Shown: piece by piece, positions 31,529 to 42,215 of the stretch | How the letters are laid out: every line of letters begins with the position of its first letter | How positions within the stretch are numbered: the stretch's first letter is position 1 | Source: Verrucomicrobiota bacterium | Lineage (GTDB): Bacteria; Verrucomicrobiota; Verrucomicrobiia; Opitutales; Seribacteraceae | Length of the DNA stretch: 64,000 bases | Assembly: GCA_027622665.1 (NCBI GenBank) | Contig: JAQBYT010000006.1 | Coordinates: forward strand, 64,001-128,000 | Direction of reading: 5' to 3' | Translations under genes and position numbers: made by a program | The notes under the pieces: model-generated | Databases searched by the model: none | What the model was told of the DNA's origin: nothing | Seen by the model: the letters and a program-made list of their open reading frames with translations, nothing else

Positions 31529-32797
31529 TCATCCATTTTCTATGGTTAGGCAAGTAAGCTCCTTAGCCCAAAAGGATAGCCTGTTGGAAGACGGGAATAA
31601 TTCCTCTAGTTTTGCCGCCATTTCCAGTTCGAAGGACTTGGAAGACAAGACAAATAGGTCGATATGCGAACCCTTCAGTGAATCGATTTCAATTATCGGT
31701 AAGTCGTGAAACTCGGTTCTGCCCTCCGTTTGCGATACAACGATTGCGCTGAGGGTCGGCAGAGAAAGACGGTTCCATATTTCCAGAAGAATCAAGGACT
31801 GTGTGCCGGCTCCGTAAATTATGATCTTGGGACTCGGCAGATCCTTTAAGAAGGTAAGTTGGTTCACTAATTCCTGAAGACGTCTGGTAACAACTCCCGG
31901 AATTCCATGCTGCGGCAATCCTTCGCCAAGATAATCTTGAGGCAAAACGCTCTTGAAAAGCAAATTCGAGTTTGCAGGTAATGACTGCTTTTCCTCCGCG
32001 AGCAAATCCTTCAATGGTTCTCCGAAAATAGTAAAAGCCCCACATGCAAAGAACTTTTCCTTTAGTTCTCGATCGAAACTCATCACTTGCTCAATCAAAA
32101 ACCTCAGGACGTCGCGTTGAACCTTGCGGTTGCGAAGGTTTGCCGTTCCGTAGGAATTGGCATCAAGCCTGAATGAATTCAAAACTTTGGGGATAAAGGT
32201 TAATCCATGCTTGAAGGCAATTGAAGTAAAGCAGAGCCAACCGCTATACCATTTCGCTTCTTCCCAAAGCCCTCCTTGTTCGAGGAATGCACTCTTTTTG
32301 ACAAAACAAGCAGGCTCGGGAAGATTGAAGTCAGGTTTCCATAACCGAAGCAGTGAGTCGGCAGGAAAAAATTCCGTCTCTTCGGATAATGCAAGAGTTT
32401 CTACGGTCCCCTCGGAAGTGTTTTCGCGAAAGAATAGTATCTCACCAAAAGCAATCATGGAATTTGGATACTTCACGAATGCATTTATTCCATTTTCAAT
32501 AGACCGAGGAGGCAATATGTCGTCCGCCGCCCTGAACATGAGAATCTCACTTTTTGCATTTTGGGCACCGATATTTCCAGCACGCAAAGCTCCTTGATTC
32601 TCTTTAAAAAAAATCAGTTTCAGCATGGGAATTTTATGCTTTAATTGCGTTAACCTTTGCACGCTGTCGTCAGTCGAAGCGTCATCTATAACGATGATTT
32701 CATCGGGTGGAACCGATTGTTCGAAGGTTGAAAGAATGGATTTCTCAATCAAGTGCCCATGATTGTAATTTGGGATAATTACTGCAATGGTCGGCAT
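31529..32797 (-). CDS. Glycosyltransferase family 2 with C-terminal Rossmann-like accessory domain
   Basis: VIIPNYN, IDDASTDDS, AADD; C-terminal KIIIYGAG. Confidence 0.88.
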   Translation of the reverse strand: MPTIAVIIPNYNHGHLIEKSILSTFEQSVPPDEIIVIDDASTDDSVQRLTQLKHKIPMLKLIFFKENQGALRAGNIGAQNAKSEILMFRAADDILPPRSIENGINAFVKYPNSMIAFGEILFFRENTSEGTVETLALSEETEFFPADSLLRLWKPDFNLPEPACFVKKSAFLEQGGLWEEAKWYSGWLCFTSIAFKHGLTFIPKVLNSFRLDANSYGTANLRNRKVQRDVLRFLIEQVMSFDRELKEKFFACGAFTIFGEPLKDLLAEEKQSLPANSNLLFKSVLPQDYLGEGLPQHGIPGVVTRRLQELVNQLTFLKDLPSPKIIIYGAGTQSLILLEIWNRLSLPTLSAIVVSQTEGRTEFHDLPIIEIDSLKGSHIDLFVLSSKSFELEMAAKLEELFPSSNRLSFWAKELTCLTIENG

Positions 32798-32837
32798 TAG
32801 AAATATTTAAAAAGAATGAACTAGTTATTTGGGTGAT

Positions 32838-34793
32838 TTATTCCAATTCAAACTGGCTCTGCAAGTAATAATGGAAAGGGTTCTGAGATTCTGTTAGTCG
32901 AAGCAATTTGTTTGAATCAGGGTGGTCAATCAGTATCGACAGTCGGTATAAGCAAAAGTTGAATATATAGTTATCAACATTATTCGGTTTCAGTATTTTA
33001 AATATACTTTTTTGTCTTAATTCATTAATGAATTCGTGATTATCTATATTCGTGATATAATCATTTGATAAGCAGGAAAACAACATCAAGGATTCGTCAT
33101 TTTCAATATTATCTATATCAATTAATTCAAGAATAAAAGAGTCGATTGAAGATTTGTTGAATTTAGTATATAATATCAGGCAAATAATTTTTTGGTTTAT
33201 ATCAATATTTGCTGAATTGTAATTATCAATAATAGAATTATTCAATAATATATTCAGAAAACATGAAATAGAGAATTCACTATGCCTGTTATAAAAGTCA
33301 CAAATAATTGAATTATCACTAAGAATTGAGAGATTGTTTTTTAAATATAAACGATAAATACCAGTTGCTCTTATTGTGTTTTTGAAAAAACATAATATCT
33401 CATATTTGTTAGGATTTACTTTATTACGAATAATCAATTCTTGTTCATCTTGATTATATATAAAAGGAATAAGTTTGAACTGAAAATCAAAATTAGTTTT
33501 TTCAATTTCTAAAGTACATTCGTCTCTTTTTTTTATTAACTCTAGTAGATCGATGTAGGAATCAAAAGGAATGTATCTAGTTTTTCCGTTTACCATATCC
33601 TTACTTAAATAGAAATGAGCTTTAATTAAAAATAACTCTCTTATTTCTTTTTCCAAATCATGAGAAAAGTAAGCAAGAATAAAACATTCACCAATTATCG
33701 AGTATATTGCGTTTTCTGTTCTATCATTATGTGGCTTGATTTCCTCGAAAATATCGTCTAAAATAGTTTGGTGCTTATAGTAGTATTCAATTATAAATGA
33801 TGTAATTACATTTATGATTTCGTCACCGTCTGAAGAGTAATTATTTGACAACGATATAAAGTAATCTTTGACAAAACACTTAATTGAAAAATTCAACAAT
33901 TTAGTTTCAGTAGAATCAGTAGATTTTAAAATAGAATGTATGAATCTCCTCTCGAAACGATTTAAAATTTTATTTGTTGGTAATGCTCCGCACCATAGAT
34001 AATCATGGATACTGGATTTGTGTAATTCTCTGTAGTAAAACCTTACACAAGGATCCTCTTGAAAGGATTCGAAACTTTCAACAGAATCTAGCTTAGTTAA
34101 GGATTCAATAGTTTTTTTAGAATGAATAAATAATTTAACACGGTTGTTTATGATTGAGTCGAATTTGCTTCGTACGCTTTCAGTAATGGATTGATGATGA
34201 TCATTTTCCACTGTTAGGCCGAGTCCATGCAACCTAGCGCTATTCTTTAATTCTGGGTGGATGTTGAATTCGTAATTAAAAACGAGACTCGACTGTATTA
34301 TATAACTAACCAATAATGGGTTGCCTGATATCAGAACAACATTTGAAGCATTTTTTAAACTCTCATTGATATCACTTAATGAGCTTAACGTGTTATTATA
34401 ATTGAGAAGGTCATATTCTCTAGGTTTTATTATCTCCTTTAGGAAAACTTCCTTTACAATGTTATTAGCAAAAATTCCTTTATAATTCTGGTCAATAATA
34501 ACTAAGTTTGCCTGTTCTTTTTCGAGTGAAACATTCTCTGTTAGGGAGGGGGCATGAGGTGGGCAATACATGAATTTATCAATGAAATATTTATATTCAG
34601 AGATTGTGGTGCCTGGTGGTAGTTCATTTGGAAGAATTTCACTTAAAATTATATCAGATTTATTTTCAATACAATCCGTCAGTTGAACATAGATTTCATT
34701 ATCTTGTTCTTTCCACAGCAATGTAGAAACTTTTTTATAACTATTTAACGACTGAAAATCAAAAATAAAGTTTTTGTTCCAGAAAATTGACAT
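32838..34793 (-). CDS. Hypothetical AT-rich protein (651 aa)
   Basis: A long ORF in very AT-rich DNA is unlikely by chance; no motif recognised. Confidence 0.75.
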   Translation of the reverse strand: MSIFWNKNFIFDFQSLNSYKKVSTLLWKEQDNEIYVQLTDCIENKSDIILSEILPNELPPGTTISEYKYFIDKFMYCPPHAPSLTENVSLEKEQANLVIIDQNYKGIFANNIVKEVFLKEIIKPREYDLLNYNNTLSSLSDINESLKNASNVVLISGNPLLVSYIIQSSLVFNYEFNIHPELKNSARLHGLGLTVENDHHQSITESVRSKFDSIINNRVKLFIHSKKTIESLTKLDSVESFESFQEDPCVRFYYRELHKSSIHDYLWCGALPTNKILNRFERRFIHSILKSTDSTETKLLNFSIKCFVKDYFISLSNNYSSDGDEIINVITSFIIEYYYKHQTILDDIFEEIKPHNDRTENAIYSIIGECFILAYFSHDLEKEIRELFLIKAHFYLSKDMVNGKTRYIPFDSYIDLLELIKKRDECTLEIEKTNFDFQFKLIPFIYNQDEQELIIRNKVNPNKYEILCFFKNTIRATGIYRLYLKNNLSILSDNSIICDFYNRHSEFSISCFLNILLNNSIIDNYNSANIDINQKIICLILYTKFNKSSIDSFILELIDIDNIENDESLMLFSCLSNDYITNIDNHEFINELRQKSIFKILKPNNVDNYIFNFCLYRLSILIDHPDSNKLLRLTESQNPFHYYLQSQFELE

Positions 34794-34853
34794 ACTTAAT
34801 TTAGGTTTTGAGATTTATATACTTTGTATACAGTTTGAAATGTGAATATCGAA

Positions 34854-35930
34854 TTATTTATTGTGGGAATCTAAAATTATATTTTCAATTTCATTAATTT
34901 CTTTAGTATTAGATTTCACACCAATCTTCCTCCACAAATCAGAAGTGTTTATTAAACTTTTATCTTTGTCTTTAAATATTATTTCCCTTTTCCCTCCGAT
35001 AAGTTTTTTCAATGCAATTTTCTCTTCACTATTTTCTATCTTATTATTTTGGAAGAGATAAGCGATTTGAAATGTTAAATTTGCTTGGTATGCATACGAT
35101 CGTAATGAAGAAAACACAATTTGGCCCAATAAGTCTACTGAATATTCTTTATTTATACTATTAAGGTGCTCAGATAAATCATTTACGACAGAACTTTTCA
35201 CAAAATCATCTTTAAGGATAATCTCATATGGTTCAAGTGGGCGAACACCCTTTTCTCGATCTTTTACATAGAAGGGATCATTTTCATTTGATCTTAACCA
35301 TGACAATGTGTTTATGACTTTGGACTTACCTTGGTAAGCTGAGCATATTCCGTATGAAAGTTCATGAAATATGCCTTCAGAATCATTTTTTAGATTAAAA
35401 GAAATATTGTTAAGAAAAACATCTGTTTTTGTAACAGCATATATAGTGCTGCACAAATACGGATGCATGTGTTTGGAAATTCTAACTAATGGTCTCTCAT
35501 CCAGTAGTGAATACCCATCAAATGGAGTATGTAATGGTAACCATGGTTGTGCATTAATTCTGGAATCTTTGTAATCAAACTCCAAGCACCTACCTAAACA
35601 ACATACTAAATCATGCAGTTCAATTTCTTTTATGCATTCTGACAAACCTGATGGCAGAAAAAATTCGTCATCTGCGTGCAACATACAATATTTTGTAGAA
35701 ACAAGTTGATGAATTGTTTTTAGTCTCTTCTGGTAGACTAGTTTAGGATAATGAAAATATTTTATATTACTACCCAAAGAAGAAAGGAATTCTTTATCCA
35801 AGGAATATAGACTACCATCAAGAACAATTATAGATGGTAGTTTTCCTGACCAAAAAATAATACTTCTTTTAACGAAATCGGGTCTATTGTATGTAGGGAT
35901 AACAATTGTTAGATCTTTGAGATTTCTCAC
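34854..35930 (-). CDS. Glycosyltransferase, GT2-like (TIGR00180-type)
   Basis: LTIVIPTYNRP, IIVLDGS, ADDEF and YAV motifs. Confidence 0.8.
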   Translation of the reverse strand: MRNLKDLTIVIPTYNRPDFVKRSIIFWSGKLPSIIVLDGSLYSLDKEFLSSLGSNIKYFHYPKLVYQKRLKTIHQLVSTKYCMLHADDEFFLPSGLSECIKEIELHDLVCCLGRCLEFDYKDSRINAQPWLPLHTPFDGYSLLDERPLVRISKHMHPYLCSTIYAVTKTDVFLNNISFNLKNDSEGIFHELSYGICSAYQGKSKVINTLSWLRSNENDPFYVKDREKGVRPLEPYEIILKDDFVKSSVVNDLSEHLNSINKEYSVDLLGQIVFSSLRSYAYQANLTFQIAYLFQNNKIENSEEKIALKKLIGGKREIIFKDKDKSLINTSDLWRKIGVKSNTKEINEIENIILDSHNK

Positions 35931-35975
35931 TTAATATGATAACGGAAGAGTGAATTTAGGCCTGATTTAAGAAAT

Positions 35976-37427
35976 TCATTTTGTTTTTTTCAAGAATCCA
36001 TCTGGGGCAACTGTAATGAGCAGTTTATCCTGAATACTGTTGTCTATTTCAAATTCCGGGTGGTTTTTTAGATATTCCCAAACCGCTGTTTTAGGATTGT
36101 TGCCTGGACCCCACGGTCGATCGGGAAACATATCGGTCGGCATATCTTCGAGAATGGTATCAAATACTACGCAGTAACTTCCGGCACTAGTCAGCGGTGC
36201 GTATGCTTGTAACTCAGCCAGTACATGCTCATGAGTGTGGTTGCTATCGAGACACACCAGAATTCGTTCATAGTCTTTAGCGATATTTCGAACTTGGTCT
36301 ATCACTTCGGGGGCAGTACTGTCGCCCTGAACCATCTGGATGCGGGATGCCATGGGATGTGCTTCTATCGCGGCCCGGTTGTGGGCGCGGATGTCGATGT
36401 CGATGCCCAATACCTTCCGCTTGGATTCTTTAGGGTTGATCGAAGTACCTGACTCGGTCGCATCCCACAAATCCAAAAGGGCAAGTATGGATGCACTGAA
36501 AATTAACGACCCTCCATGAGCAATGCCGGTTTCGATGATCAAATCCGGCTTCACCTGCCAAATCAATTCCTGCATCGCCACCATGTCGATTGGTGTTTGA
36601 ATGATCGGTCTTCCCATCCATTCAAAGTTGTACATGTAACGATGAACAAATGCCTTACAAAGCCATTTTCTCGACATCTCCTGCCAGTCTGAGTCTAAGC
36701 AATACTTCGCAATCGACTCTTGTTTTTCTTTTTCGAAATCTAAAGCAGCCTTTGGCAAAGTATCCATTACATTCTCCGGAAATCTCAAATAAGTAAGCGA
36801 CCTATCAGATGTTTTTTTGATGCCAGACTCTGTATTCTCAGTCAGTGCAATTAGTTGGTTTTTTTCATCTCGTACCTCGTAGAGGTTTACTACCTTTTGC
36901 TCTACGAAACCGCATTTTTTATAAAAATGAACAGCTGGATTATCTGATAGAACCCTAACCCACACATTCTTTATTTTAGCCTCTCTTCTAGCCCATTGAA
37001 TCAAAGAAACCAAGGCCAACTTCATCAGTCCATTCACAATCACTTTGCTTGTGCGAACAATCGCATCTGCTTCAATATATGTGCCTGTATCGTTTCCAAA
37101 GGCCAAACCTAAATAACCATAAATTTTATTAGTTTCGTGATTCTTCAATAAAAACAAAATACGGCTTGAGTCAGGCCCAACAACATTCTTAAGCCAAGAC
37201 CTTGTTCTTTCGGGCGTAGCATTAAAATATGTAAGAAAAGAGTTTATATTTTTATTTCTCTCTTGCGTAAGTAGCTCAATCACTTCCTTGTCAATGTATT
37301 GCTTACTGCAGTTAATAGGAAATAAAAAGAATTTGGAGTCATCTAACTCTATTTTAAATTCATCAAAATAAGGAGGAGCAATACCTTTGAGAGATTGAAA
37401 GATTTTCTGATAGGCTGACCCTCTCAC
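35976..37427 (-). CDS. GNAT acetyltransferase fused to CmcI-family (cephalosporin hydroxylase / rhamnosyl O-methyltransferase) domain
   Basis: N-terminal VLSDNPAVHFYKKCGF; C-terminal YMYNFEWMGRPIIQ, KPDLIIETGIAHGGS, LDSNHTHEHV and WGPGNNPKTA. Confidence 0.85.
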   Translation of the reverse strand: MRGSAYQKIFQSLKGIAPPYFDEFKIELDDSKFFLFPINCSKQYIDKEVIELLTQERNKNINSFLTYFNATPERTRSWLKNVVGPDSSRILFLLKNHETNKIYGYLGLAFGNDTGTYIEADAIVRTSKVIVNGLMKLALVSLIQWARREAKIKNVWVRVLSDNPAVHFYKKCGFVEQKVVNLYEVRDEKNQLIALTENTESGIKKTSDRSLTYLRFPENVMDTLPKAALDFEKEKQESIAKYCLDSDWQEMSRKWLCKAFVHRYMYNFEWMGRPIIQTPIDMVAMQELIWQVKPDLIIETGIAHGGSLIFSASILALLDLWDATESGTSINPKESKRKVLGIDIDIRAHNRAAIEAHPMASRIQMVQGDSTAPEVIDQVRNIAKDYERILVCLDSNHTHEHVLAELQAYAPLTSAGSYCVVFDTILEDMPTDMFPDRPWGPGNNPKTAVWEYLKNHPEFEIDNSIQDKLLITVAPDGFLKKTK

Positions 37428-38572
37428 GAGAACCGCCTTATTGCTAAAATTATTTTTTCAATATCGGTCGCTAGCATCTTGCTATGCAGTGGAAGCGAGA
37501 CAATTTCTTCAGTTATTTTTTCTGTCACATCTAGTTTTGTTCTTCGACAGTTCATTAAATAAGTGAATGTATGCCCACCTTGCCAGTGAATGCCTGTGTC
37601 TATGCCGTGGGCGCTAAGATACTCGCGGAACTCCGATCTGCGCCCACCAAAAACATGAATGTAATAGAGGAAAGGATTGACTTCTTCGAAATTGCTTTTT
37701 GGGGCTCGAATCGAGTTAATATCTTTCAACCCCTCGTAGTACTTAATGCAAGAGTTCTGACGTGTTGAACGTATATCGCCTAGCTTTTTGATTTGGGAAA
37801 TACCGATAGCAGCATGCAAGTTTGCCATGTGATACCTAAATCCGAGCTCTTCAATGTCATAAGCCCACGCTCTTGAGTTCGTATACATTTGCTCTGCAGG
37901 TTGTGTCATTCCGATTAAACGCATCGCTTGCAGCCTCTTTACCTTGTCAGTTCCTTTGACTACGATTGCTCCCCCATCGATACAAGTAATGGTTTTTACA
38001 GGATCAAAACTAAACATGGTGTAGTCATGCTGGTTTCCTGTCGGCCGACCTTTGTAATAGGAACCAAATGAATGTGCCGCATCATGGAGAACCGGTATAC
38101 CATATTGCAGGGATATTTTTCTCAGAGCATCATGATCACAAGTGAAAATGTTATAATCCATGGCAACAATGCATTTTGTCCTGTCGCAAATAAGCTCTTC
38201 TGTTTTTGCTACATCAATACAAAGTGTATCTTCACGAATATCTACAAAAACTGGGTCAGCTCCACATGCTCGTATTGCCTGGAAGTCTGCAGCATTATTA
38301 AAAGATGGAGTAATGACCTCATCGCCATCACCTACGCCTATCATTAAGAGTGCCAAATGAAGAGCTGCATGTCCCGTGCTGACTGCAACAACATGGCGAT
38401 CATCATTGGGATCAAAGTCACAGATTCTTGAGACTGCATCTTCAAACTTCTTTACATAGCTTCCCATACCTAGCCAGCCTAGCTCAAGTGACTCAACGGC
38501 AGCAGTAATCTCTTCTTTTTCAATGAGAGGTTTAAACACAGGAATTTGTTGCGTTTGCTTTAAGTTTTGCAT
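37424..38572 (-). CDS. DegT/DnrJ/EryC1/StrS sugar aminotransferase
   Basis: DAAHSFG, FSFDPVKTITCIDGG (PLP lysine) and GFRYHM. Confidence 0.92.
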   Translation of the reverse strand: MQNLKQTQQIPVFKPLIEKEEITAAVESLELGWLGMGSYVKKFEDAVSRICDFDPNDDRHVVAVSTGHAALHLALLMIGVGDGDEVITPSFNNAADFQAIRACGADPVFVDIREDTLCIDVAKTEELICDRTKCIVAMDYNIFTCDHDALRKISLQYGIPVLHDAAHSFGSYYKGRPTGNQHDYTMFSFDPVKTITCIDGGAIVVKGTDKVKRLQAMRLIGMTQPAEQMYTNSRAWAYDIEELGFRYHMANLHAAIGISQIKKLGDIRSTRQNSCIKYYEGLKDINSIRAPKSNFEEVNPFLYYIHVFGGRRSEFREYLSAHGIDTGIHWQGGHTFTYLMNCRRTKLDVTEKITEEIVSLPLHSKMLATDIEKIILAIRRFS

Positions 38573-38583
38573 GAATTTCTAAT

Positions 38584-39807
38584 TTAAAAAAAGTTCAATT
38601 GGGGTACTGCTGTCACAAACATTACACCCCTTTTCTTGAGTGCTGCATTCTGCTCGAGAATTTCAGCTGAAAGATTCCATGGAAGTATCACTAGGCAATC
38701 GAAATTCTTTTTATTCAAGGCATTTAAGCCAAGAATAGGAATATGACTACCGGGCAGGTACTTGCCTTGCTTGGATTTCGCCGCATCAACGACAAAGGAT
38801 AAAAGGTCTGGTTTAATGCCAGCGTAATTTAAAAGCGTGTTTCCTTTGGCGGCAGCGCCATAGCCGGCGACGGTCTTGCCGAGTCGCTTTTGTTCCAGCA
38901 GAAAGGCCAGTAGATCATCCTTCACTGCGTTGGCCTCGGATTGAAAAGCAGTGTAGTAGTTTAGGGTATTCATGCCGCGATGAGTTTCTTCGGCAAGAGT
39001 TGCGGTCACGGTCGGAGTTGTCGGATGCTCGGCTTCTTTTCGGCACCCGTATAACCGCAGGCTGCCACCATGTGTAGGCAACTCCTCGACGTCAAAGATC
39101 CTTAGATCGGCCATTTCGAAAATGCGGCATACAGTCAGCAGGGAGAAGTAGGAGAAGTGTTCGTGATACACGGTATCGAACTGCCGAGACTCGACGAGGC
39201 GCATCAAGTGTGGGAACTCCAAGGTGATCACGCCTTGGGGCTTGATTAGCTCCCGCAGTCCATGGGTGAAGTCATTGACGTCGGGAACATGAGCGTAGAC
39301 GTTGTTGGCTATGAGCAGGTCCGCCTGTTTGCCTTCATCGACTAATTTGCGCGCGAGGGTTTCACTGAAAAAACTTCGTAGCACGGGAATGCCCAATCTT
39401 TCAGCCGTGTCGGCCGTGTCCGAGGTTGGCTCAATGCCTAGGCAAGGGATGTTCGAGGACACGAAGTTTTTCAGCAGGTAGCCATCGTTCGAGGCGATTT
39501 CGATGACGAAACTATCGTTATCCAGAGAAAAGCGACTTTGTGCCATTTGGCAGTAGCGGGCCGCGTGTTCCAGCCAAGTCTTGGACGTCGAGGAGAAGTA
39601 GGCGTAGTCCGGGCGGAACAAGTCGTTGGCTGCGACGAAGTCCTCGGTTTGTACTAGCCAACATTTCGTACAGACGAACAATCGTAGCGGATAAGAGGCT
39701 TCCGGTTGCTGTAGATCTTCTTCCGTCAGGAATGCGTTGGAGGGTGGTGTGCTTCCTAGATCAAGAAAGACCTGCTCCAATGCGGTTTGGCAATGACGGC
39801 AGTTCAC
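38584..39807 (-). CDS. NDP-sugar C-methyltransferase family (TylC3/NovU-like)
   Basis: CRHC...CTKC zinc site, EIASNDGYLL, NNVYAHVPD, QFDTVYHEH, HGGSLR and YGAAAKG. Confidence 0.9.
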   Translation of the reverse strand: MNCRHCQTALEQVFLDLGSTPPSNAFLTEEDLQQPEASYPLRLFVCTKCWLVQTEDFVAANDLFRPDYAYFSSTSKTWLEHAARYCQMAQSRFSLDNDSFVIEIASNDGYLLKNFVSSNIPCLGIEPTSDTADTAERLGIPVLRSFFSETLARKLVDEGKQADLLIANNVYAHVPDVNDFTHGLRELIKPQGVITLEFPHLMRLVESRQFDTVYHEHFSYFSLLTVCRIFEMADLRIFDVEELPTHGGSLRLYGCRKEAEHPTTPTVTATLAEETHRGMNTLNYYTAFQSEANAVKDDLLAFLLEQKRLGKTVAGYGAAAKGNTLLNYAGIKPDLLSFVVDAAKSKQGKYLPGSHIPILGLNALNKKNFDCLVILPWNLSAEILEQNAALKKRGVMFVTAVPQLNFF

Positions 39808-40352
39808 AACTCGACAGGCTTCAACTCACTCAGTTCAGGATGCTCTTGGTCCCGTTTGGAAATATCCGACACGGACAAGGGCCATTTAATGCCCAAGGCC
39901 GGATCGTCATAGCGAAGACCGCCTTCATGTTCGGGGCTGTGGAAGTCGGAGTGGAAGTAGAGCATCTCCACATCGGGCACCAAGGTCTGAAAGCCGTGTG
40001 CGAAGCCCTCGGGGATATAAACCATGCTACGGTTGTTCTCGCTGAGTTCCGTTTCGTGCCATTTCCCGAAGGTGTTGGAATTGCGTCTTAAATCAACCAT
40101 GACGTCCCAGACGGAACCTCGGAGGCAACGGACGAGTTTGGCTTCGACCTTGGGTGGACGCTGGAAGTGCAAACCGCGTATAGACCCCTGTTGCTTAGTG
40201 AGGGAAGTGTTCATTTGTAACCAACGGGTTATTAAGCCGTAAATAGTAAATTCTTTCTCGCAAAAAAAACGCGCGAAGAAACCGCGGTCATCCTCAATCT
40301 TATCCAAATCAATTAAATATGCCCCGTCCAAGGGAAGTGGAGTGAACTTCAT
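39804..40352 (-). CDS. rfbC: NDP-4-keto-6-deoxyglucose 3,5-epimerase
   Basis: DDRGFFAR, RGLHFQ, KLVRC, GFAHGFQTL and ISKRD. Confidence 0.92.
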   Translation of the reverse strand: MKFTPLPLDGAYLIDLDKIEDDRGFFARFFCEKEFTIYGLITRWLQMNTSLTKQQGSIRGLHFQRPPKVEAKLVRCLRGSVWDVMVDLRRNSNTFGKWHETELSENNRSMVYIPEGFAHGFQTLVPDVEMLYFHSDFHSPEHEGGLRYDDPALGIKWPLSVSDISKRDQEHPELSELKPVEL

Positions 40353-41416
40353 AATTCGGAATAAAAACGAATTTGCTCCATTGTGGTCTCTATCGGGGAA
40401 GCTCCTTCATGAACTTTTCGATACCATTCCAGAGTAAGCCTCACGCTCTCCGTGAATTCGAGTTTCGGTTTCCACCCAAGCAGGGAATGAGCTTTTTCTA
40501 TCTCAAGCCCTAAGATCCCGGCTTCATGGGGCACATTCTTCTCTGCATTATTTTCCCAGGATCCGGGCCAATATTGTAAGGATTCTTCAACAAGGTTTTC
40601 CACCGTTTGCAGGTCGGTATTATCCGGTCCGAAGTTGAATGGTCCCCGGAAAGCTTCATCATCTGAATTTGTAAGCTTTTCAGCTAGGCGCATATAGCCG
40701 GATAAAGGCTCCAGTACATGTTGCCAAGGTCTTATCGATGCGGGGTTTCGAACCTGTACCGGTCGCTCGGCTGCAAGTGCCTTTATCATGTCCGGCACAA
40801 TACGGTCCTCGGACCAGTCTCCGCCTCCGATGACATTGCCGGAACGGGCAGTGGCAACCCTCGCAGGGGAATCTTTGCCTAAATATGAGCGATTCCAGCT
40901 ACTGACAGCCAGTTCCGCGGCTGCCTTACTTGAACTGTAGGGATCATGGCCTCCCAGTTTGTCCGTTTCCTTATAGGGGCGGATCGATTCCAGATTCTCA
41001 TAAACCTTGTCAGTAGTCACGATGACGACCGAGCAGTGTTTATCATGTTCTCTTAAGACTTCCAACACATTGATCGTGCCAAGCACATTGGTCTCCCAAG
41101 TAAGACAGGGTTCCCTATAGGATCGCCTTACCAATGACTGGGCCGCCATGTGAAAGATGACTTCCGGGTTAAACTGTCGAATGTGGTCTTTTATTAAACT
41201 TCTGTCCCGGATATCCCCGATATGGTGGGTCAGTTCATCTTTCAGGTTCAGCAGGTTGAATAGAGCCAGCTGGCTCTCTGGCGCTAGTGATACGCCATAA
41301 ACTTCAGCCTCTAATTGAGACAGCCACAATGACAACCAGCTTCCCTTAAAACCCGTGTGGCCGGTGATGAGGACTTTTTTCCCCTTCCAAAAATCGGTTA
41401 TTACCAGATTTTCCAT
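40349..41416 (-). CDS. rfbG: CDP-glucose 4,6-dehydratase
   Basis: ITGHTGFKGSWL, TTDKVY, DPYSSSKA, GNVIGGGDW and RPWQHVLEPL. Confidence 0.95.
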   Translation of the reverse strand: MENLVITDFWKGKKVLITGHTGFKGSWLSLWLSQLEAEVYGVSLAPESQLALFNLLNLKDELTHHIGDIRDRSLIKDHIRQFNPEVIFHMAAQSLVRRSYREPCLTWETNVLGTINVLEVLREHDKHCSVVIVTTDKVYENLESIRPYKETDKLGGHDPYSSSKAAAELAVSSWNRSYLGKDSPARVATARSGNVIGGGDWSEDRIVPDMIKALAAERPVQVRNPASIRPWQHVLEPLSGYMRLAEKLTNSDDEAFRGPFNFGPDNTDLQTVENLVEESLQYWPGSWENNAEKNVPHEAGILGLEIEKAHSLLGWKPKLEFTESVRLTLEWYRKVHEGASPIETTMEQIRFYSEL

Positions 41417-42171
41417 GGAGCCTTGCTTGAAGACCATAACTCCTCCAAGTGATTTTTTTCTCTAAGTGTATCCATCGGCAGCCAAAAGCCATCGTGCTCA
41501 AAGGCGATCAATTCGTTCATATCGGAGAGTTTGGCGAGGGCATTACCTTCCCAACTTGATTGGTCTCCTTCGATCAATTCAATACACTTGGGAGAAAGGA
41601 CAAAATAACCTCCATTGATCAGTCCTCCATCTCCCGGAGGCTTTTCCGAAAAACCGGTAACATTACCATCCTCGATTTCTAAGGCACCATATCGACCGGG
41701 AGGTTTGACGGCGCAAACCGTAGCCATTTTTCCATGTGTTCTATGAAATTCGATCTCGGCAGTGAGATTAATGTCTGCGAGTCCGTCTCCGTATGTAAAG
41801 CAAAAGAGGTCCTCGTCGCTTACATAGTCGGCGACGCGCTTGAGTCTCCCCCCCGTCAAGGTGTCTTCGCCAGTATCGATAAGGGTCACCTTCCACGGTT
41901 CCGCCTTTTTTTGGTGTACACGAATTTCGTTGCTTTCCATGTCGATGGTGACATCCGACATGTGGAGGAAGTAGTTGGCAAAATATTCTTTGATTAAATA
42001 CCCTTTATATCCACAGCATATTATGAAGTCATTCACACCATGAGCGGAATAAATCTTCATGATGTGCCATAGTATTGGTTTGCCTCCGATTTCAATCAGA
42101 GGTTTGGGTTTGAGATGAGTTTCTTCAGATATCCTTGTGCCTAAACCACCTGCTAATATTACAACTTTCAT
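41401..42171 (-). CDS. rfbF: Glucose-1-phosphate cytidylyltransferase
   Basis: LAGGLGTRISEET, IKEYFANY, TGGRLKR, TYGDG and MDTLREK. Confidence 0.96.
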   Translation of the reverse strand: MKVVILAGGLGTRISEETHLKPKPLIEIGGKPILWHIMKIYSAHGVNDFIICCGYKGYLIKEYFANYFLHMSDVTIDMESNEIRVHQKKAEPWKVTLIDTGEDTLTGGRLKRVADYVSDEDLFCFTYGDGLADINLTAEIEFHRTHGKMATVCAVKPPGRYGALEIEDGNVTGFSEKPPGDGGLINGGYFVLSPKCIELIEGDQSSWEGNALAKLSDMNELIAFEHDGFWLPMDTLREKNHLEELWSSSKAPWKIW

Positions 42172-42215
42172 TTATATTATGTATAATAAATAGTTCCTAA
42201 GTCCAATCATCTGGT

